Assembly: GCA_036172245.1 (NCBI GenBank)
Contig: JAYWIR010000040.1
Span: forward strand, 1,860,001-1,924,000
Length of the DNA stretch: 64,000 bases
Direction: 5' to 3'
Origin: Raillietiella orientalis
Lineage: Eukaryota
The notes beneath the pieces are model-generated. The model was not told the DNA's origin. It worked only from the letters and a program-made list of their open reading frames with translations, and made no database searches. The number at the start of each line of letters is the position of its first letter. Within the stretch, counting starts at the first letter, position 1. Positions 1 through 13,130 of the stretch are shown piece by piece. The translations under genes were made by a program, and so were the position numbers.

Positions 1-199
1 ATGCTTGAGGGGATCGGTTTCCATCATTGGAAAAGAAACATACGTGCAATTTGTATTTGGAATTAAGATGTTTCATGGTAAACTTTCATTTACACACAAA
101 AGGGATTTCTTTCAGGAACTTAACAACATACGTCCATTATGGATGGCTAAAATTACATTACTTGAAACTAAAACAGAAATATGATTAAACACTCTGCAA

Positions 200-530
200 A
201 CTGTAAGCAAATTGCGTTATTTTGTTATGCAAACTTTTGCGATCCGAGGGAGAAACTTCAAGTACTTTATTTACAATACACATTGACCAAATGAACTTCG
301 CACCTTTTATGTATCTACTTATACGACTAAGGAAATGAAAATTATTTAAATACTAGCTGAAGCATTCTTTTTGCATGGACTTTACTTTTCCCATAATATT
401 GCCTTACAGATCAAAACGATCAAGATCATTCATTCATTTTTAACCTGTGGACAACTTGTTATATGTAAAATTCAACTGAGCAATATGTGAGAACTCATCC
501 CATAATCGTGGACGTGTTTGTAAACAGAAC
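200..530 (-). CDS. Partial multi-exon gene with tiny introns, possibly F-box (FBXO33/39-like); boundaries approximate
   Basis: Removing GT-AG introns 403-444 (42 nt), 353-385 (33 nt) and 265-303 (39 nt) gives an open frame RPRLWDEFSHIAQLNFTYNKLSTGNIMGKYLNNFHFLSRISRYIKVLEVSPSDRKSLHNK. The F-box-like call rests only on weak recalled similarity (PRLW; FLSRISRYIKVLEV). Confidence 0.3.
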
Positions 531-1499
531 TCTTCGACGTTGAACGATTCGAAGAACTAAACCCACTTTGCGCCAGCAAAGCTTGCTAACCTCGAAAACG
601 CGTTCGATGTTTGGAAGCAATAATTTATATTTCATTTGAAATCGATATTATTCGAAATCATAATGTCACTTACTAAAATAAAAAAACGTAAGAATATGGA
701 GCTAAAAGTTGTACAAGACGAACAGAATGAAAATTTTAGGCTATATCTTACGTGCTTTTAATCAATACCCGTCAAGTCGCAAGTTATTTTCCATACATCA
801 CAACAGTTACGCAGCTTAGTTTAGTAATTTTTTCTTGTTTATTTTAATACGGATTTATTTAAAGCATGAAATTCAAAATTAAAAACAATGGCTAGCAAAA
901 AAACTTATGCAAATCACATACACTGACATATTTTTTATGATACATATGCCTACTACAAAATAAGTCAGATCTACATTTTGTTGCATATTCAGATGAATTA
1001 TAAAGTCACAAAAATAAAGCAACGAAGCATAGAAAAATGCAATGACTCTAAGTATGATGCAAATAATTCACATAAGTATGCATAAATATATGCGAATAAA
1101 TCATAAGTACCTCACTACCTGATGGTTCCATATTTCTGTTGTATCCACAAATACATAAGCATTGCCTATAAGTGCACAACAGATCTTATGTACTGTAATG
1201 AGAAGAGACAGCACGTGAAGACTATATTTTCATTCTATTGATCTTGTAGCTCACATCCCCTAGGAATAGGAATTTCAAGACAATTTGTGTACATAAAATC
1301 GAGCTTATTACTAGATGTTGCCTGTCGATACAAAAAATCCCTGTTGATACAGAAAATGTTCTATACCTTTGTCATTAGTTATGAAAACAATTTAGTTAAC
1401 CCAGAAAATAAAAAATTCGTAAAAGAAAGATTTCATCGTTTAAATATTTACCATCTTTATAGCAATCTTCTAGTGTACCATAACATCATTGGGATACGC

Positions 1500-3430
1500 A
1501 CAACTTGTTTCATGCACTTGCAGGTTGTTCTTGTCATTACGAAGTTATTTCTTCATACACTGACTGTAAAATTTCCGTTTCCCATATCATGATAATTTAT
1601 TTCTTATACATGTCCTTGTCCTTTTGGATCTTTGAACTGTCACGAAAACAAATTCGATGAAATTTTCATTTCTGTAGTGCATTTACAGTTCGGGAATCGA
1701 AGTTCTATTTTGGTAACAAAAAAATATGTGCTCATTCAGAAAAATAAAAACATATGTTCTGGGTGTTATATTTCTCCTATAAGTAAGTTATATTCCTTAC
1801 TCCGAGGTCTCTAATGAAATTCTGGTAAATAGATTTATTAAACACGATTTATACATTTTGTTGCTTGTTCCTACTGAGATTTTGTATTATTCTATTTTGG
1901 CAATACGGAACAATTTGCAGCTTCTATAAATGATATCCAGTGTAACTAGATTCAAGAGCAAAAGCCAAGAGGAAACTTGTTATATAGCTCACTATAAGAT
2001 TTTACGGAAATACGATGACATCAGAACAATTATGTGCTACAGCTTTGTGCTCTTTGATCATATGAAAATATGCACCAAGTAATAAGTCTTTACACTTACA
2101 ATAACTCAGTTTCCACTCCATTACTGTATGAGAACTGATTACAACATTCTCCGTTCTTGGTTTCTTCCATTTACGAGAAATATTTTATTCATTCAGGTCT
2201 CCTGGTCGCCGATCAGTTTCAGCCTTCTTTACACTTGAGCACTAACAAAAGCACCAAGCTGTTGTATGCATCGAGAGCTTAACTTCCTGGTGTGAGAACT
2301 CAGCTATTTTCTGCTCCTTTGTGGCCTTTTTCCGATGATGTTGTGCTCAATGATCTTAATCATGGGTTCTAATTGAAAAGAGGATGAAATAGTGGTTCCC
2401 ATACAAACCTAATCCTAATCCTCCACGGCAGCAACACCTAATCCTTGTTTCTGAGGTTGGCATTAGCGGACAGAGGGGAAGCATGACATTAATAAGCAGA
2501 TGTTAGGGAGGAATGAGATAGAAAAAAAGACAAGCAAAGTAAAGGAATTAAAGCAAGATATAATTCCCCTGAAAGGATGAAAATATTTCGGACTTGAATA
2601 GAAAGGATGAACAAAGGTTTGCCTTTGGGAGTGCGTTACCTACTATGGAATAAACTTTCCCAAGATGCCTACCACATGCATGAAGAGAAACGTTTTTATT
2701 TTCACACTTGCCTTCTGTGCAACGTGTGCGAAATATCATCAAAGACGGATGAGGTTTTTTCGTTTTCTTAGCAAGACTACGAATATCAAGAGTGTAAAGT
2801 TAATCGTATGAAATTGATGGAGTAAGCAGTATCTACAAACATCTATAACATGTATATTTGTGGGAATAACAAGTTATATTCCATAACTGCAATAGTTTGT
2901 TGAGGATATGAGATGCAGTTTACAGAAAATCTTCATTCAAAAGAAGTAACTTCCTGCAGTATGATGTGTCGGGAACCTGTTAGCCCAAAGGAGAAACTGT
3001 GTCCTCATCTCAAACGAGGCGAAGCAAGTTGGTTATTATATTCACGTAATATCGTCCAACTATGCTAATTCATTTCCAAGGTATCCAAAATCATACCGAT
3101 GCTACCTGACATTGACTTCTTCTTGTTAATCGAAAGAACAGGCATAATTTCCCAGATGTTAAGAGAGTCAGGGAAGTAAAAGAGCTTACATCAGAGCAAC
3201 CTTTTCTCGATCGGTCTGTCTTGTGCTTTTTTCTAAGCACAAGTGTTTTTTGCTGTACTGTCTCAAAATTTGCCATATTCTTGACAACATGACTAGGTAT
3301 TCGAAGAAAGATCTAGGCTGTTCAACCTCGGAATCATAGATTTTCTTTGATGTTTAATTTTGTAAAATACTTTGTCCTGCTCTTGGTGATTTTCTCGTTG
3401 TTTATTGAAACCGAACACATCTGGTAAGAC
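1500..3430 (-). CDS. Probable multi-exon gene of unknown product, divergent from ARL1; exon structure unresolved
   Basis: Open stretch at about 3190-3340 ending at a strong GTAAGC donor (about 3189), with several further short GT..AG candidate introns. No consistent full model could be built. Confidence 0.25.
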
Positions 3431-3736
3431 CTAAAAAACAGCTCAATAAAAATACTAAATTGGGGGTCTTTCATGGAATAAAACTTTTATAAATCATTCA
3501 GATTCCTTATAATAGCGTATTTTGAAAGTTATCAATTTACACAACACAAATCTTCATTACTCAAAATTCATAAGGCTATTTAGATTTCAGTGTAAGAGGA
3601 TGGTAACACTGAATGCTAACGTGTTCTGTACTTTGGAGTGAGGAATGGAGCATCACTTAAATGGGAGCTCAAAAAACATTCGAATATGGATAACTAGTCA
3701 TTTTGTTGTCCCTTGAGAACTCCTAATCGTGTTGTT

Positions 3737-4714
3737 ATGGGTAAAAGTATTTTTTCATGTGAAACGCCTTTACGACATATTATCAAGTAACAAAATTTTT
3801 TTGTATAATTTTTGTTCTGGCTATTTTTGAACTGTAATAAAAGTAACTGGCACCAACCGCTTTTCATGCAAAAATCAGTATTACTACCTATAATTGATAT
3901 GTTATTTAATATGAAGGAGGCCTGCTGAGCTATCTGAAGAATTTATTTGGAAGTAAGGAGTTGAGGATTTTAATATTAGGATTGGATGGAGCAGGCAAAA
4001 CCACTATTTTGTATAGGTAATTAACTGCTATTTTGAGTCATATCTACAATTGAAGTGTTTGAATTGATCTAATTAAAAAAGATTGAAATACATTGTCATG
4101 AGTGTTCATTTTGACAGCTAAATTGTCATGTATGATTACACAACTGTGAATTGGCTTATTAAGTCATTTGAATGTTTCAGAATGCAAGTTGGAGAAATTG
4201 TAACTACAATTCCAACTATAGGCTTTAATGTTGAGCAAGTTTTGTATAAAAACCTGAAACTTCAGGTTTGGGATCTAGGTGGTCAGACTAGCATACGGTG
4301 ATAATTTACCCTATTTACTCTTTCATTATATTCGTTATTTAGACCTTATTGGAGATGTTATTATTCAAATACTGATGCCATTATTTATGTCGTTGATTCA
4401 GCAGATCGTGAACGTATCAGCGTTTCCAAACAAGAATTAGTATCTATGCTCGAGGTAACTTTTTAAAAGGTTTCAATCTTTTGGTTTTGTAATTTGATTT
4501 CAAGGAAGAAGAACTGAAATCAGCTGTTCTGGTTGTTCTTGCAAATAAACAAGATTTAGAGGGAGCAATGACAGTAGCTGAAGTTCATCAATTTCTTGGT
4601 CTGGATGCACTTAGAGGTCGTACATTCCAAATTTTCAAAGCTTCAGCTTTAAAAGGAGAAGGATTAGATGCTGCATTAGAGTGGTTGTCCATATCTTTGC
4701 AATCGCGAAAATGA
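3737..4714 (+). CDS. ARL1: ADP-ribosylation factor-like protein 1, 180 aa, 5 coding exons: 3737-3740, 3917-4016, 4181-4297, 4343-4454, 4505-4714
   Basis: Spliced translation [55 protein letters not shown]...[31 protein letters not shown]...LANKQDL...[10 protein letters not shown]. Shows the myristoylation Gly2, P-loop [18 protein letters not shown] and the ARL1-typical [12 protein letters not shown]. All introns are GT-AG (176, 164, 45, 50 nt); exons sum to 543 nt. Confidence 0.97.
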
Positions 4715-7465
4715 TCGAGTGTCTGGAATATAAATATTATACCCTTTTTTTATCAATGAAGTAAGTTTTTAAAAGTTTGACAAGCATTTAAGTGATATTT
4801 GCAGTGCGGATTATTTATCTCTTAAAGCTGAATACCATTGTCTAACTTGTTTAAGTTTGTTGAGTGAAAAAAACTGAATTATAAGAATAAGAAATATAAA
4901 CAGACCAGTTATTAATTAATCAATGCTAAGGTAGAATATTTAGTAAAAGGGAACATTCAGCTGGAGCAGAAAGAGCTTGTTTACGGAAGAGAAAAAGGTA
5001 AATATAGAAATTGCAGAATTTATGCAGGAAAGTAAGGACTGAAATTCAGATGATATTGAAAAAGATTCTATTTTTTTGTCCTTTTTTTTCCATGTTTCTA
5101 TGTTTGATCTTCAATATTTGGATTGTTTAATGAGTTAGCCTAATTTCTTGTTTAAGTGGTTTTCATTAGCATTTGACCAATTAAATATTTTAGCTGTTTC
5201 GAGGAAAATCTGCCGGGAGAATTCCTTTTTTCATTCATTTTTTTTTTTTTTTTTTGCCATTATCAGTTCTTTGTAAGATCATTAGTTTCAGCAATATCTA
5301 ACATAATTATTGAAGTTTGGAATTTTAAATGAACTGGATTAATGTGATTTTCGATTTTCATACCTATTGCATTTTTATCTTATGTCATCCAACATTATAA
5401 TTATATTCTTTTAAAACAACTTTCCAAAAGACTTTCCAAAGAGATAAGATTTCCAAAGCAGATGATTAGGAACTGAAGTATTTTCACATGCCAAGTCTGA
5501 TAATCCAAGTAGATTTCTTGAGAATCACTCCTGTTATTTTTCTAGTTTAAGAGTTCTTTCTTATCATATAAAAACTACACCAATTTAGGCTTCAGTTGTT
5601 GTTTTATTAGTGTTTCAATGTAAATGTTTGCGGGTTTTTATTTGCGCATTTTAATTATGCACAGGCCCTTTTAAGGCATCATTTTTTTGCACAATGTTAC
5701 TAAATTTTGTTGTCTTTCTTGAAGGGGCATGACACACATTAAATTTGTTCCATTTAAAGCTGATAGTTGTAGGTTCAGAATCTATCTCTATGTGCATCCC
5801 TACATAATCTGTAATGTCCCAGAGTAGAATAACCTCATGTATGTAGATGCATGCAATTTGTCATGCATACATCACCCACTGTTTGTTCTTGTGTAACTGA
5901 CTTACCCTTTCTATATTGCACAAGTAGAAAACCAAGCATGGTAAATCTGGAGAGGATGGTGGAAAGTTTATGTATTAGTCCTTGTTATGTGATTTGTTGA
6001 CCAGAAAGATTCTGAACAATATGGCGGAATGGAAAAAATGATCTTGAAAAATGTCGTTTCTTTAATCATAGGCACAGCAGATGGTGTTAAGGAAGTTAAA
6101 CTAACGTTTTCTTTATGCTTTTTGAAGAAAAACATTTCAACTGACAGTGGGAGCTGATGCCAACCCAGTGAATTATTTTGACAGATGCACTTATTTCATG
6201 AAATGATGGTGATTAGTAGTACTATACTACAGTGCACACATTATCTCAGTTTATGCAGTATTTCAGCTTGAGAATTTTCATCTGACAAGATAATTTAGTT
6301 GTGCCTAATCTGGATCCCATCTAAAACCACTCCAGATGAAACATAGTAGTCATTTGTTTTTACCTGTATGCATTAGCAGGGAAATCATGGTTTCCAGAAA
6401 GCATCTTTCAAGATTTGATGTAGTCTATTTGCTACTAATTCCTATCACGTTTTATTGTCATATTGGGTCTTGATGACTTCAAATGTGGTTACTGCTGCTG
6501 TAATGTTGCCATGGTTCTTCATGTGCTGTTTGCTTTTTTCTTTAAGTGCATTTTGACTGTATAATGTGTTTCAAGTGTGATCTCAGTTTGTCAGTCAAGG
6601 TGTTGATGTAAATCACTTCATTGTACTTGCTTGAGCTGCCTGAAAGACAGGTTTTCTACTGCAGCGTTGCTTGCATATTGGCAGGCCTACTGTCATTTGA
6701 ACTTTCAAAACCACTATGGATCCTGAGTATCTGCCCTGCTCAAGAGTTGAATGTAATTACATTGCATTACAGCTGCCTGCATATCTTAATTTGTTCTGAT
6801 CCAAACATTGATCCCAGAAAACGTAAATCATCCATTACACCATGAGAACTTGTTCGAACATGAAACTGCAAGTAATTTCTTAAATGGTCTTTAGACTGGG
6901 TAAATGGCCAACTGCGATGCAGTTAATGGATTTCTTTTACAAATAGACTTGGAAAGTTACCAAAAGTGTTTCTTTTCAACGTTAATTTGAATTTTATATG
7001 TTACACACTTTAAGAGTTTTCTGTTTCGGATTTATTTCAAAGAAACGGTTCAGGTGTCGGCTCCTTTTTTGCCATCTCGCAAAAGTATTCCCGAGGAGGA
7101 GTCTCGAATACCAATCAGGCATTTTGGGGGTACAGATTCATATTCCTTAATACTAGAATAAAATACCAACATTAGCGTGGACCGTTTTGACTCGGAAGTG
7201 CGGAAAATTTTCAACAAATTGGCCAAAAAAAAAATGAAATGGCAATCCACGATTCCGTTTTTGTTAATTCTCACTTTGTGGCATGCTGTTTTTCCATTCA
7301 AAATAAAGAGAATCTCCGCGTGGCCGAATTCAAAACAATAAAAAGAATTTTAGTAGACGTAAATAAAAAGAATCATAGGTTGAGTGGGAGACAGAAAAAA
7401 TAAACACGTATAGGGACTGAATTCGGAAGTACACATTGAATTCATAAGAAATTGGTACTACCGTC

Positions 7466-9192
7466 ATGGCAGAAAACATGTGCAGACAGAAAAGAGTACA
7501 TTGCTTTTATATCGCTGCATTCCATTGCAGAGTCCTTTTGCAAAAGTGGGAGGAAATCACACTAGAGGAAATGCTATCTCTGCATGTAATGTTAAGGATT
7601 CAAGTTCATGGCATTGGTCATGGCTACGATAAAAAAAAAAAAGCCTGTTTTCAGCATTAATGTGTTATCGAAAATTACAATGCTAACGAGGCATGGAAAC
7701 CTCGAAGGAGGTATTGCATTTCCTGGTGATTGGATGATAGTTTTAGGTGCCGGATTTCTGGTTTCATTCATCAGAGCGCCGTGTTTTGTTATCTTTAGAA
7801 GTTTTCGAATCAAATTCTCGTGTTTGTTTAAATTGAGTGACAAAAGGGTTATCGGACGAGGTGCTTTATCAGCACCTGTGATCAATGATTTCATCACTTT
7901 ATATTAAATGATTTATTTTTGAACGCTCTGTTTGTATTCTGCATTTGCGTAAAAAGTACATTCGTAATCGTTACATCCATCCGTTTATTCGCAGATCCTC
8001 AATTCGTACTTATTCGTACCTTCTTAAAGAGCCATAATCTCACTGTTAGCTTTTAATCGAAGAGTTCAGTAAATTGGGTTGAAATGAAAGACAGTCTGGA
8101 AGTTGCGATATTGCTTGAGTAAGAAGGAAGACGTATGTAACGTACTGCCGAAAAGTAACACTTAGCATCTGCCTGCAAGAACTGTGGTTGTAGAGATGGC
8201 AGTAGTAAATTCGAACATTCTTCGGAAAGATCAACTATATTGATGCTCAAAGCAGTTGCTAATTCGTTGCAATCTCACAAGGAATTTCCTCTTGTCAGAC
8301 GTCCATTGGTCATCCATAAAATCGAATGATTTATAGATTTCGACCAACGATTGGATTGCTCACTGTATTCATTTTATCAGCTTCCATCTTCAATTCTATC
8401 CCCCTAATCGTATTGATTATCAAAGGAGAATGCCGTTGCTAATGACTGCAAGGAATCGTTGCTTACAAGTTGCAAGTTTTGCTGCGTGCACACAGGCAGG
8501 AGGTATAATCTGATTTTCGGAATCTCAGTGTGTTCCTAGGAGTATTTGGTTTCTTACTAGAAGTACCAGTTCCATATGGCTTTATGTTACATATGCCATG
8601 GTGCAATTCTTTCCTCTGCGGCAAGCGATTGCCATCGGCTTCTCTCTCCTCCTTTGGCGGTGCTGCTCAGGAAGTTTGTTGGAAGTATGTCGACTTGATG
8701 TTGCATTTTCATTTTCAAAAGTCAATTCTCGACAAATATTGCATTCCTGCTTCAGTTGCCTACAGTGATGTAAGACATCAGGGTATTCCCTTACGTGTAC
8801 GCATTTTAGCTTTCGTTTTATGGGCTTTGTAATCATAAATGGGGTGATATATGCATCACGCATATACCAGAACTCTGTACAGGGAGTCAGTACGCACACA
8901 GAAACGCTTGTATCTGCAAACCATTGCAGATGGGTAACAGAAGGACATCAGTTGAAGGAATGCCTTTTCCTGAAGATACCTGATGAAATTATGAGTAATT
9001 TCGAACTGCATCCGTTTTGCCTCTTTTGATGAATTAAATGCACTGTACAAATGTTTTTACAGGTTAAGAATGTTCCTCTAGGGTGTTGGTGGCTTATTAC
9101 TGAAGTCGGTTGCTCATGAAGGTGCATACTATCCTTGGTGGAGCAAAAAGATGGAACGCCCGAGTGCAGATTTTGAGCGATATTTGAATTAG
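7466..9192 (+). CDS. Multi-exon gene of unknown product with short introns; 5' part uncertain
   Basis: Exon 8381-8502 (FHLQFYPPNRIDYQRRMPLLMTARNRCLQVASFAACTQAG) joins in phase across the 37-nt intron 8503-8539 to GVFGFLLEVPVPYGFMLHMPWCNSFLCGKRLPSASLSSFGGAAQEVCW. A likely last exon at about 9082-9192 reads GVGGLLLKSVAHEGAYYPWWSKKMERPSADFERYLN*. Confidence 0.5.
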
Positions 9193-9329
9193 AAGAATAA
9201 GAGTAACTGAAAATGAAAGAATACCAAGGTGGATGAAGTTTCTGAAATTTCCTTGAAGTCCATGTGACACCTTGGACGGTCTCCTTCGCAAGAAGTGGGT
9301 TTTGGTACTTGCATACAAATCACAAGTGT

Positions 9330-12300
9330 TCCTAAGGCTTATTCTTCAAAAGCATATTCAGCAGGTCAACATCGGATTTTTGACTTGCCTCTTTTGTTTG
9401 TTCTCTTATCTGACTCTCGAAGGCCAGTGTTATTTCTGAGATGTTTTCTATGCTTCGTCTAGAGAACAGATACCATAATTTGCAAAATCATACCCCTAGA
9501 CTTTTGATACCATTTTCCTGGACGATCAGCTGGGGTTATTTTCCGAGAACTCCTATCTGTGCATATCTTTGTTGTTTCAAGTGCCTTGAATTTTGCAAGC
9601 ATCAGCCACTACTGAAAACTGAAAAGGAGGAGCTTCCTAATGCTTCTTCCTGCGCTTTCTTCATGACTTCTGTTTCTACGATAGGTGGGTTACTGGGAAT
9701 AGACTGGATACGCCTGTTAGAAAATACAAGAAGCTTTTCTTGCTGATACTCAGAACTTGGTCCTCATGGGATTCGTGAAATCACTTGAGAGAGCATGTCC
9801 TTAATATCTTCAGATGATTGTCGGAGATCGAGTTGGAAGGAGCATGAGATCAGAGACTCTTTTTTGCCTTTGACGATATCGGTCGCGATCCACGTCGATT
9901 AGTCGATCCTGCCAGCACGAAGGATCTTGGTATTTCCTTGGCCAGCATGCTCTCCTTTTTTCCGACACAATCTGTTTTTTTTGCGAACGTGCTTTTCTGC
10001 ATTGGATCCACAGATTTTTCCTTTCACCTTTCATTTCTCTCTTGACATAGTGATATTCATTCATACTGATGTTACGCAGAGCTTCTGATGCTTGACAAGT
10101 GAGCGTTGTGATTCTTACAGCGTCTCATCGCGACTCTTGCTTTTCATGTTTTCAAATCGAAATACTGTGATTAGATCATTTGAAATGCTTTCTCTGTTAT
10201 ATCTCTGGAGTTATTAATTGAGTTTCCAGAAGATACGAACATTCCTGGATGGTTTCTGAAAAGTCTAAACTTCTGATCCCTTCGATGGTTCTCAGGGATG
10301 AAGTTCGGTGGCTCCTCGTAAGGACGCTCTGGTTTCGTTTTTGACCGTGTATCATGCTCTTCATCAGGGAGTAAACCGAATGTCAGCTTTCGCGAAAGTT
10401 TAGCTCAACAAATTTCAAGCCGAACCCTTGTTATCTTCATCATCAACTCCATGTCAGCGTAGGAGCTGTTCCAAAGTTTGCTCGTTGTTTCAATCCGAAC
10501 AGCAACTTCTCCAGACAGTTAGTTGCCTTACCCGAGTAGACGGCGTTATTCGTTAGCATTAGAGAAGAGGTATTAGAGGTTCCTACACACCCCATTGCTT
10601 CCTGAAAGAAGGGCAGAATACAGCGTTTGAGAGCACTTCACTTTTCTGATATTTACGTATTGAATGACAATCGAATGTTGCATTTCACCTTCTCTTGAGA
10701 TGCTTAGTGTGTATTTTGAAATGTTTGATTGATTTGAACAGTATTCTTTTCCTCCTTTCAGTTTGGACATCTTTCATTCCAAAAACCATTTTCACATTCC
10801 TGTAGTTCAGTCATTTTTTCCGGTTTTCCCCATTGCTGTACAGCTTGCAAGTTCATGTTTAACTTGTTGAAAACTGAGCTCTCAGGAATAACAGCAACCT
10901 CCGAAAGTCAATCATCGTGAGATGGACTTTTGAATTATTACAGATTTTCGAATGTAAATTCTAAATTAAACCGATATGGTTTGTAGTTTGTCCGTAAAAC
11001 AAGTGTTTCGTGCAGACTTTTGAAATTTTTGGCTCATTCTATGTATCGCAAAGAATTTCGAATGGAGGGTAATTAATTATTGGTCTGATCAGAATGACTT
11101 CATATTGCTGAGTTTTTTCAGGACTCATCATTTTTCGACACTTAAACTTTGGTTGAAAACACATCATAACAACCTAATTCTGCAGTTGATTGGTATCAGA
11201 TACTCAGCAGAAATCTTTGTACAAGATGATCTGTGCAGTCTCTGTCACTAATCACAATTCAGAATCCGGGTTGATAGTCGATTTGACCAAGTGTCCATCA
11301 ACTTTTCCCAAACATTCAGAATTTGTGAATTGTGGATCCAAACGTCATTGTGTTTAGCCATTATGGCGATATGATGGACCAAAGTACACAATGGACGTCA
11401 GATGTTTAATAAACAACAGATTATTGGTTGTTTTGGTGCCTGGCGAAGAAATACAGAGAATGTTTTTCGAGAATTTTCTTAGAATGTTTATAGTGCACAG
11501 AACAAAGATTCATTAAGAAACCAGTTAAAAAGCAGGAAAGATTCAAAGAAAAATAGACATCAACACAAGCAAAGCTGCCAAGGGGCGAGCTGGAGAGGGA
11601 GCAATGCACCTTCAAAAAGTAAGCAAATGAAGGGATATGTGTTGAAGATAGTTACTATTTGTTGACTACAAAGGATGGCTATATGCACACTATAAGATCA
11701 ATGTAAAGTATGCAAAAGATAATTAAGACAAGATCCCCACCGTGAAGTAAGTTGTGCTTCATGTGATCATGGAAACATTGCTTTCGGGTAGAATTCTTCT
11801 GCAGTGGATCACTAATAAGATTAAGGACTTCTAAATCACTATGTTTTCCTAGTTGAGAAGAAAGTGCTTCATTCCATTGATGTTTGAATATCATGGGCCA
11901 ACTGGAGCAATTTATTCCGGTTCAGCTGCTGATTTTTATTCTGAAAGTAATCAAAGTGGAACAGAAACAATCTCCAAACTGGAATAGAAGTGGTTTCCAA
12001 AGTTTGAATAGTTCGAGAGGTACTTCATGTCTATTAAAAGTTCCATTTTTCTGGAGGAACCCCATTGATGGAAAGACAGGATTGCTTGCTTTCGTGATGG
12101 GGTAGGAAACATGAGCCAGAATGCGGGGTCATTTAGTAAAAGAGGAAAACAATACATATGGACCCAACCTTGAGATTGCTGTTTCCGCTGCGAATTCCAT
12201 TCGAAGATGGAATGGTCATCCTCTGTTTTCTGTCTTTATGTTTCCTTAAAAAAAAAAAATGTATTGCTTAACAACAACACACTTTAACTATTGAAAACAG

Positions 12301-13130
12301 AAGACAAACAGAAGACTCAGTAATGTATCTCAAGAACACAAGATGCAATACACTTTTAGTACGATTGGCAAGGCTTCGGACGCGTTTTAGCACGACCTCT
12401 TGAAAGTTATCAAGAAACTCGGATGTAATATGCTTCCTAATGCTAATGGACTGCCAGACATTGTATTTATGATAGGTTAAATCTGAGCCTTCGAGTAGGT
12501 TAGATGAATGGGTTCCAGGAATAAGAAGAAATTAGTTAGTAGGTTTTCTTTCGACATAGGAACACTTCTATAGGAGTTCTGTTTCTTCAGAATATATTTG
12601 TGTTAAGATTATCATTCTCTTCTCTCTGATGAAGGATGTTTGTGATTTCGCAAATTGATTTTATTTTGAAGTACTTCCGTAATTTAAGAGTGAAATTCAA
12701 ACCATTCTTAATTTCAAACACGATGCAAGAGAATTTCCATAATTCCAGAAAAACTTATGAAGGGAATATATAAGAGATAAGTAAAGTACTGATATGTTTA
12801 CTGTTACATTCTCCAAAAAGTGAAATGTTCGACGCTGAGGAACTTTATTCTTTTACTTGTTCAAAAATCTTTAGCAGGAGAGCTTTTTTTCAGAGAAATA
12901 TCTTCAATATGTAATACCTCTTGGTTTTATGTGAGCCATTTTTAGAGATCGACAGCTTATGTTCTCTGAAGATCAAATAAAAGTGTTCCTTGTGTGTTCT
13001 CCGGGCTGGAAATAAGATGCTTTTTATGAGGATGTGACACGAAGCTTCTCAAAGACTCAGTAATCTATCTCGGGAATGCAAGATGCAATGTGCTTTTAGT
13101 ACGATTGCGTCTGTTTGTGCTTGGACATAT
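9330..13130 (-). CDS. One or more probable multi-exon genes or decaying genes, product unknown; structure unresolved
   Basis: Several protein-like open stretches flanked by splice signals, e.g. RSIENISEITLAFESQIREQTKEASQKSDVDLLNMLLKNKP* (about 9333-9458) and RIQSIPSNPPIVETEVMKKAQEEALG (about 9640-9712), interrupted by stops that I could not all explain with introns. Confidence 0.25.
12312..13107. repeat. 56-bp imperfect direct repeat: 12312-12367 and 13052-13107
   Basis: aagactcagtaatgtatctcaagaacacaagatgcaatacacttttagtacgattg vs aagactcagtaatctatctcgggaatgcaagatgcaatgtgcttttagtacgattg; 48/56 identical, ungapped. Confidence 0.9.
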
